Both the position numbers and the translations under genes were made by a program. DNA of 22,617 bases, from contig JASEFB010000019.1 of assembly GCA_030019325.1 (NCBI GenBank), forward strand, positions 1 to 22,617, given 5' to 3'. The notes under the pieces are model-generated. The model was not told the origin of the DNA. It searched no databases and saw only the letters and a program-made list of their open reading frames with translations. Each line of letters opens with the position of its first letter. Within the stretch, counting starts at the first letter, position 1. Shown in pieces: positions 14,570-19,900 of the stretch. The stretch comes from an archaeon. Its GTDB lineage: Archaea; Halobacteriota; Syntropharchaeia; Alkanophagales; Methanospirareceae.

Positions 14570-16705
14570 ATGGCGGAAGAGAAAGAAGAACCTGAAAAAG
14601 AAGAGGTTAAAGAAGAAGAGCCTATAGAAGAGCCTAAAATTGGTATATATGTATGCCATTGTGGGATAAATATAAAGAATACCGTAGATGTGGATGCAGT
14701 AAGGGATTATGCGGCAACGCTGCCAAACGTGGTACTCGCCAAGGACTACATGTATGTGTGCTCAGACCCCGGACAGGAGATAATAAAGCAGGATATCAGA
14801 GAAGGAAGGGTAAACAGGGTGATAGTAGCTGCGTGCTCTCCTCGATTACACGAGCCCACTTTCAGAAAGACCTGTATCTCGGAGGGTCTTAATCCCTTCT
14901 TCTTTGAGATGGCGAACATACGAGAGCAGTGCAGTTGGGTATGGGAAGATAAGGCAACAAACACTGAGAAAGCGAAGGATATCGTAAGAAGCACGGTTGC
15001 TCGATCAAACCTTCTGGAGCCACTTGAGGAGAAGGAAGTGGATGTTGTTCCAGAGACACTGGTTATCGGAGGCGGGATATCAGGGATGTATGCTGCTCTG
15101 GATATCGCAAATGCAGGCTACACAGTTCATCTCTTGGAGAGACTGCCATCAATTGGCGGGCACATGCTTCAATTTGATAAGACATTCCCAACGCTCGATT
15201 GTGCCGCCTGTATTCTGACGCCGAGGATGGTAGATGTTGGAAAGCATCCTAACATAGACCTGTTGAGTTACTCGGAAGTGGAGGAAATCGGAGGCTCGGT
15301 CGGTAATTTCACGGTAAAGGTAAGGAGAAAGCCGAGATATATAGTTGAGAAGGACCCTGTTACAGGCGCAATAGTTTGCACGGGGTGCGGTTTATGTGCG
15401 ACTGCATGCAGGATGAAAAAAATCCCAAATGAATTTGACCTCGGGTTAGGGATGAGAACTGCTGCCTACTTGCCTATGCCACAAGCAGTGCCTGCATGTT
15501 ATACTATTGACCCGGAGAAATGTATAATGCTGACGAAAGGAAAATGTGGGAAAGCAACGCTTGAATCTACAGGGGAAGCAATTAAAAGAATAAAGAGTGG
15601 AGAAGTTACTGTAGAAGAAGTTAAAGATGAAATTCCTCTCTGCGTAGCTACCTGTGGTCCGAACTGTATCGACTTCGACATGAAAGACGAGATTGTGGAG
15701 CTAAACGTCGGAACAATTATTGTAGCAACAGGCACAGATGTTATAGACCCGGCGCTGCAGCCCGAATACAAATATGGCGTATATCCAAATGTCATTCACG
15801 GATTAGAGATGGAAAGACTGCTGGCTCCTAATGGTCCCACACAGGGTAAGGTCATCATAAACGGTAAAGAGCCAAAGGATATTGTGTTCATACAGTGCGC
15901 TGGTTCGAGGAACAAGCAAACGGGGTATGAATACTGCTCTCGTGTATGTTGCATGTATTCAATAAAGCATGCACATCTGATCAAAGAGCGGATACACGAT
16001 GCCAACATATCAATCCTCTATCAGGACATCAGAGCTTATGGAAAGGCTTTTGAGGAGTTCTATGATAGAATCAAAGGCGAAGGTATCAACTTCCGAAGAG
16101 GACTTGCATCCGAGGTATATCAAAGACCTGGCAGTGATCGACTGGTGGTAAGAGGAGAGGATACGATGCTTGGCGAACCGTATGAGTTAGAGGCAGACCT
16201 TGTGGTGCTTGCTACCGGATTGAGACCGAGTGACGGCGTGGAAAAGGTGGTAAGGCTGACAAAACTCTCGCAATCCGCTGACAAGTTCTTCTTAGAAGCG
16301 CATCCAAAGCTCAGACCTGTTGATACCGCAATAGACGGTATATTTGTTGCAGGGTGTTGCCAAGGTCCCAAAGATATTCCTGATAGCGTTGCCCAGGCGA
16401 AAGCCGCATCTTCTGCTTCGCTTATCTACTTAGGCACGGGAAAAGCGAAATTAGAAGCGATAACATCCGAGATAAACGAGGAGCTCTGCACAGGATGCAG
16501 GACTTGCGAAGCACTTTGTCCGTATGACGCTCTCGAATTCGATGCAGAGGAAAAGGTAATGAGAGTAAACGAGGCTATTTGTAAGGGATGTGGATGTTGC
16601 AATGGAGCATGTCCATCCGGTGCAGCCTCAATGCGGCATTTCAGGGATAGACAGGTATATGCACAAATAGAGGCATTAACAGAAGCGTTAGCTCCGCCCT
16701 CATAG
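14570..16705 (+). CDS. hdrA: Heterodisulfide reductase subunit A (HdrA), full-length canonical architecture
   Basis: 711 aa. The N-terminal domain reads IGIYVCHCGINI...VAACSP...REQCSWVW. The FAD fold is LVIGGGISGMYAALDIANAGY. The inserted ferredoxin domain begins CTGCGLCATAC. The Cys block is FIQCAGSRNKQTGYEYCSRVCCMY. The C-terminal ferredoxin has 2x CxxCxxCxxxCP (CTGCRTCEALCP, CKGCGCCNGACP). Confidence 0.9.
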   Translation: MAEEKEEPEKEEVKEEEPIEEPKIGIYVCHCGINIKNTVDVDAVRDYAATLPNVVLAKDYMYVCSDPGQEIIKQDIREGRVNRVIVAACSPRLHEPTFRKTCISEGLNPFFFEMANIREQCSWVWEDKATNTEKAKDIVRSTVARSNLLEPLEEKEVDVVPETLVIGGGISGMYAALDIANAGYTVHLLERLPSIGGHMLQFDKTFPTLDCAACILTPRMVDVGKHPNIDLLSYSEVEEIGGSVGNFTVKVRRKPRYIVEKDPVTGAIVCTGCGLCATACRMKKIPNEFDLGLGMRTAAYLPMPQAVPACYTIDPEKCIMLTKGKCGKATLESTGEAIKRIKSGEVTVEEVKDEIPLCVATCGPNCIDFDMKDEIVELNVGTIIVATGTDVIDPALQPEYKYGVYPNVIHGLEMERLLAPNGPTQGKVIINGKEPKDIVFIQCAGSRNKQTGYEYCSRVCCMYSIKHAHLIKERIHDANISILYQDIRAYGKAFEEFYDRIKGEGINFRRGLASEVYQRPGSDRLVVRGEDTMLGEPYELEADLVVLATGLRPSDGVEKVVRLTKLSQSADKFFLEAHPKLRPVDTAIDGIFVAGCCQGPKDIPDSVAQAKAASSASLIYLGTGKAKLEAITSEINEELCTGCRTCEALCPYDALEFDAEEKVMRVNEAICKGCGCCNGACPSGAASMRHFRDRQVYAQIEALTEALAPPS

Positions 16706-16743
16706 CGAAATCATTAAGGCAATACATAGATAGGGAGTCCCAC

Positions 16744-16762
16744 TTTTTTAAAACTCTTTTTT
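16744..16762 (+). terminator. Oligo-T termination signals after hdrA (two T6 runs)
   Basis: T6 runs at 16744-16749 and 16757-16762, within 60 nt of the hdrA stop and preceded by a small GGGAGTCCC stem. A 217-nt AT-rich spacer follows before the next gene. Confidence 0.5.
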
Positions 16763-16780
16763 ATTGCTCTTTTAATATAG

Positions 16781-16799
16781 TAAAAATAGTTAAAAATAG
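16781..16799 (+). repeat. Direct repeat TAAAAATAG x2 with 10-bp period upstream of the second mvhD operon
   Basis: Exact 9-mers at 16781-16789 and 16791-16799. The same 9-mer is at 11281-11289, and AAAAAATAGCAA is at 2105-2116 in the other two promoter regions. Confidence 0.4.
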
Positions 16800-16922
16800 C
16801 AAGGCGGGAAGCTTTAAGATGAAAGATATATGTAGGTGTATATGTATAGAGCGGTTTTTAGTAAAGCTTTTATGGCTTGCTATAGTTACCATGTATATTA
16901 GCTCAAGAGGAAGGTGAGATAA

Positions 16923-17351
16923 ATGGAAGAAGAGAAAGGGGATTTTGAGCCAAAAATCGTCGGATTCACCTGTAATTGGTGTACTTATGCCGGTGCAGAC
17001 CTAGCAGGGACGTCTCGAAAGAAATATCCACCAAATATCCGGTTAATACGGCTTATGTGCTCAGGGAGGATAGATCCGATGTTTGTGCTCAAAGCGTTAT
17101 TAAACGGTGCAGACGGTGTCTTCATTGGGGGTTGTCATCCAGGGGAGTGCCATTACATAAAGGGGAACTTCTATGCCAGACGAAGAATAGCAGCATTGAG
17201 AACCATCCTGAAGCAGTTTGGACTGGATAACCGGGTTCGATCAGAGTGGATCAGCGCGTCGGAGGGGGATAAATTTGCTCGAACGATGAAGGAGATGGCA
17301 GAAGAGATTAAACAATTGGGGCCAAATCCTATGAGGGATAAGATACTATGA
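16923..17351 (+). CDS. mvhD: MvhD paralog 2 (Hdr-associated [2Fe-2S] protein)
   Basis: 142 aa with CNWCTYAGADLAGTSR, RLMCSGRI and GGCHPGECHY. By eye it is roughly 60% identical to the 11453-11878 copy. GAGGAAGGTGAG ribosome-binding site. Confidence 0.9.
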   Translation: MEEEKGDFEPKIVGFTCNWCTYAGADLAGTSRKKYPPNIRLIRLMCSGRIDPMFVLKALLNGADGVFIGGCHPGECHYIKGNFYARRRIAALRTILKQFGLDNRVRSEWISASEGDKFARTMKEMAEEIKQLGPNPMRDKIL

Positions 17352-18409
17352 AAGGAACAGAGCTCAAATATGAGGATTTAGAAGGCTTTTTTAAGGGATT
17401 GCTCGAGAACAACGTCGTGGATGCCCTGATCATGCCGCATAGAGTGGGAAACAAGGTATCCTACATGCTCGTGAGGGACAAGGAAAGGATAGCATCGCCA
17501 GAGTCCGTCATCTTCGCACCGTCGTTCGGTGTAAACGCTGCGAACGTCGTCAAAGGATGGATGATAGATAACAAAGTAGGAATCGTAGCCAAACCCTGCG
17601 AGATACGAGCTGCGATAGAATTGATAAAATTGAAACAACTCAATGAAGAGAGTGTGCTTCTCATAACCGTGGATTGTTCGGGTGCCTTTAAGAACGAAGA
17701 TTATGCAGAGCATTATCCGGAGATAGGCAACTTGGTGGACAGTGCAAAGATAAAGGAACTAGAGGGGAAAGGGATCTCGATGCGGGAGGCCTGTGCAATC
17801 TGTGAAAACCGGCTTGCTGATATTGGAGATATTATTATTGCACGGGTTAATGGAAAGGTGGGAGTTGCAGGGCTAACTGACATGGGTGTTGAGGCGTTGT
17901 CCGCCGTGGAGTTACCGCTGGAAGACAAGGACCTGGAAAGAAAAGAGGAAAAAGAGAGGATAGTAGCAGAAGCGAGAAAGCGGTTAGGGGAATTGCCAAG
18001 GATAGACAGTGTGGAGGCGTTAGAAGAGTTTCTACGGGACTGTATATTATGCAAGAACTGCAGAGATGTGTGTCCGGTATGTTATTGCAAGGAATGTTTC
18101 TTTGACCAACCGTTAGGAAACCCTGCTGGCGGCGATTTATTGAACTTAGCAGAGTTACGGGGTGCGATAGAAGTACCGGCAAATCAACTGCTTTACCATC
18201 TTACGCGGGTTTACCATGTCTGCACGACCTGTGTTGCCTGTGGTGCGTGTGAAGATGCATGTCCGAAGGGCATTCCATTGACGAGATTCTATCCGGTGCT
18301 TGCGCAAAAGGTGCAAGAGATTTTCGAGTATGTACCAGGAAAGGATGCAAAGGAGCCACTACCGTTCACGACATACGAAGATGAAGAGCTCGAAGAGTGT
18401 TTAAGATAA
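17348..18409 (+). CDS. FrhB/FdhB-like iron-sulfur (putative flavin/F420-interacting) subunit with C-terminal 2x[4Fe-4S] motifs
   Basis: 353 aa. The start overlaps the mvhD stop (ATGA). The N-terminal half follows the FrhB/FdhB pattern as I recall it: GLLENNVVDALIMP..., VGIVAKPCEIRAAIELIKL (compare GTPCQI.AL) and LLITVDCSGAF. The C-terminal half has CILCKNCRDVCPVCYC and CTTCVACGACEDACP. The family assignment is from memory and is not verified. Confidence 0.5.
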   Translation: MKGTELKYEDLEGFFKGLLENNVVDALIMPHRVGNKVSYMLVRDKERIASPESVIFAPSFGVNAANVVKGWMIDNKVGIVAKPCEIRAAIELIKLKQLNEESVLLITVDCSGAFKNEDYAEHYPEIGNLVDSAKIKELEGKGISMREACAICENRLADIGDIIIARVNGKVGVAGLTDMGVEALSAVELPLEDKDLERKEEKERIVAEARKRLGELPRIDSVEALEEFLRDCILCKNCRDVCPVCYCKECFFDQPLGNPAGGDLLNLAELRGAIEVPANQLLYHLTRVYHVCTTCVACGACEDACPKGIPLTRFYPVLAQKVQEIFEYVPGKDAKEPLPFTTYEDEELEECLR

Positions 18410-18410
18410 A

Positions 18411-19037
18411 ATGCCGATAAAGACCTGGGAACTGGACCCGAACTTTAAATATGAGATCATGAATGAGCCGGGGGGAGAACACCTCACGGCATGTTACCAG
18501 TGCAGTACCTGCACCTTAGGATGCCCGATTACCGAAATCATTCCGAGTTACAACCCGAGGAAAATCATCCAGATGAGTCTGTTGGGGATGCGTAAGGAAG
18601 TATTGTCAAATGCTGATTTATGGATTTGTGCTCTCTGTCAGACGTGCACGGCGCGTTGCCCACAGGATGTAATGATTTGCGAGCTAATGGGTGCGATAAG
18701 ACGAATAGCAGAAGAGGAGGAGGCAGCAGGGAATATAAAGATAGAAAGCGCCAGACCACTGTTTGAGAAGGCTTTCCTGCATACGTTGCAGAAGTACGGT
18801 CGGCTCTATGATATGGGGCTTGCACTGGAGTATTACCCGAATAGGGAGGGGTCTAAAATCAAGGGGATGAAAGCGATGATGAAGGATTACAAAGATTTCG
18901 GAATGCGGATGTTTAAGAAGGGCAAAATGGGTCCACTCGGTGGTGGCGGAGTATTCAAAGGAATGCGCCCAGAGAAAATAAAGGAAAGGGAAGTGCTGAA
19001 GAAGATCTTCGAGAAGGTGGAGGAGAAGGAGAAATGA
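18411..19037 (+). CDS. hdrC: Heterodisulfide reductase subunit C (HdrC)
   Basis: 208 aa with two ferredoxin-type motifs at HdrC spacing (CYQCSTCTLGCP ... NPRKII ... WICALCQTCTARCP). The tail is K/G-rich. It starts 1 nt after the previous stop. Confidence 0.85.
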   Translation: MPIKTWELDPNFKYEIMNEPGGEHLTACYQCSTCTLGCPITEIIPSYNPRKIIQMSLLGMRKEVLSNADLWICALCQTCTARCPQDVMICELMGAIRRIAEEEEAAGNIKIESARPLFEKAFLHTLQKYGRLYDMGLALEYYPNREGSKIKGMKAMMKDYKDFGMRMFKKGKMGPLGGGGVFKGMRPEKIKEREVLKKIFEKVEEKEK

Positions 19038-19900
19038 GCGAAAAGAAAATCGCATACCATCCCGGGTGCCCATCAGCGACGACCGCGATGGAACAGGATA
19101 TGTCAACCAAAGCAGTGTTTGAAAAGCTGGGTATCGAACTCGAAGAGCTCGAGGATTGGAACTGCTGTGGCGCGTTAGAAGCCGAAGATCCAAAGTTAGT
19201 TATTGCGCTCAATGCGCGGAATCTCGCTCTTGCTGAGAAGAAAAGACAGGATATTGTCACACCGTGCAGTATCTGTTATTATAATTTAGCGAGGACTGAT
19301 AAAGCGTTAAGGGAAGATGAGAAGTTACGTGCGGAATTAAAGGAGATTGACGGTTCGCTTGACTATAAGGGAACAGTAAAGGCGAAACATATACTGGATG
19401 TCCTCGTAAACGATATTGGCTTGGCTGAATTGTCAGGTAAGATAGCAAAGAAAGTAAATCTGAAGGTTGCACCGTATTATGGTTGTTATTTAGGAAGACC
19501 GCCGGAAACCGCTTTTGATGACCCTGACGACCCTGTTTTGATGGACCAATTGATAGAGCTGATCGGGGCAGAAAATGTTCCGTTCAGTTACATGAAGACG
19601 AAGTGCTGTGGAGGACCTTTGATGATGACGAGAGCGGATATAGCATTTGAGATGGCGAGGAAGATACTGGAGTCGGCGAAGAAGGCTGGTGCAGACTGTA
19701 TTGCACTTGCCTGTCCACTGTGCGGCATGATGCTGGATGCGAAGCAGCCTGATGTAGAAGCGGCATTCAAGATCGAGATCGATATGCCGGTGATTTATAT
19801 AACCCAGTTGTTGGGTTTGGCGCTCGGAATAGAGCCGAAAAAACTCGGGTTTAACAAAAATATCATAGACACGAAGAAAATTCTTGAGAAGGTGATGTGA
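19034..19900 (+). CDS. hdrB: Heterodisulfide reductase subunit B (HdrB), two CCG domains
   Basis: 288 aa. The first CCG domain is KIAYHPGCPS...DWNCCGA...TPCSICY. The second is YYGCYLGRP...KTKCCGGP...LACPLCGMM. The start overlaps the hdrC stop (ATGA). Confidence 0.9.
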   Translation: MSEKKIAYHPGCPSATTAMEQDMSTKAVFEKLGIELEELEDWNCCGALEAEDPKLVIALNARNLALAEKKRQDIVTPCSICYYNLARTDKALREDEKLRAELKEIDGSLDYKGTVKAKHILDVLVNDIGLAELSGKIAKKVNLKVAPYYGCYLGRPPETAFDDPDDPVLMDQLIELIGAENVPFSYMKTKCCGGPLMMTRADIAFEMARKILESAKKAGADCIALACPLCGMMLDAKQPDVEAAFKIEIDMPVIYITQLLGLALGIEPKKLGFNKNIIDTKKILEKVM

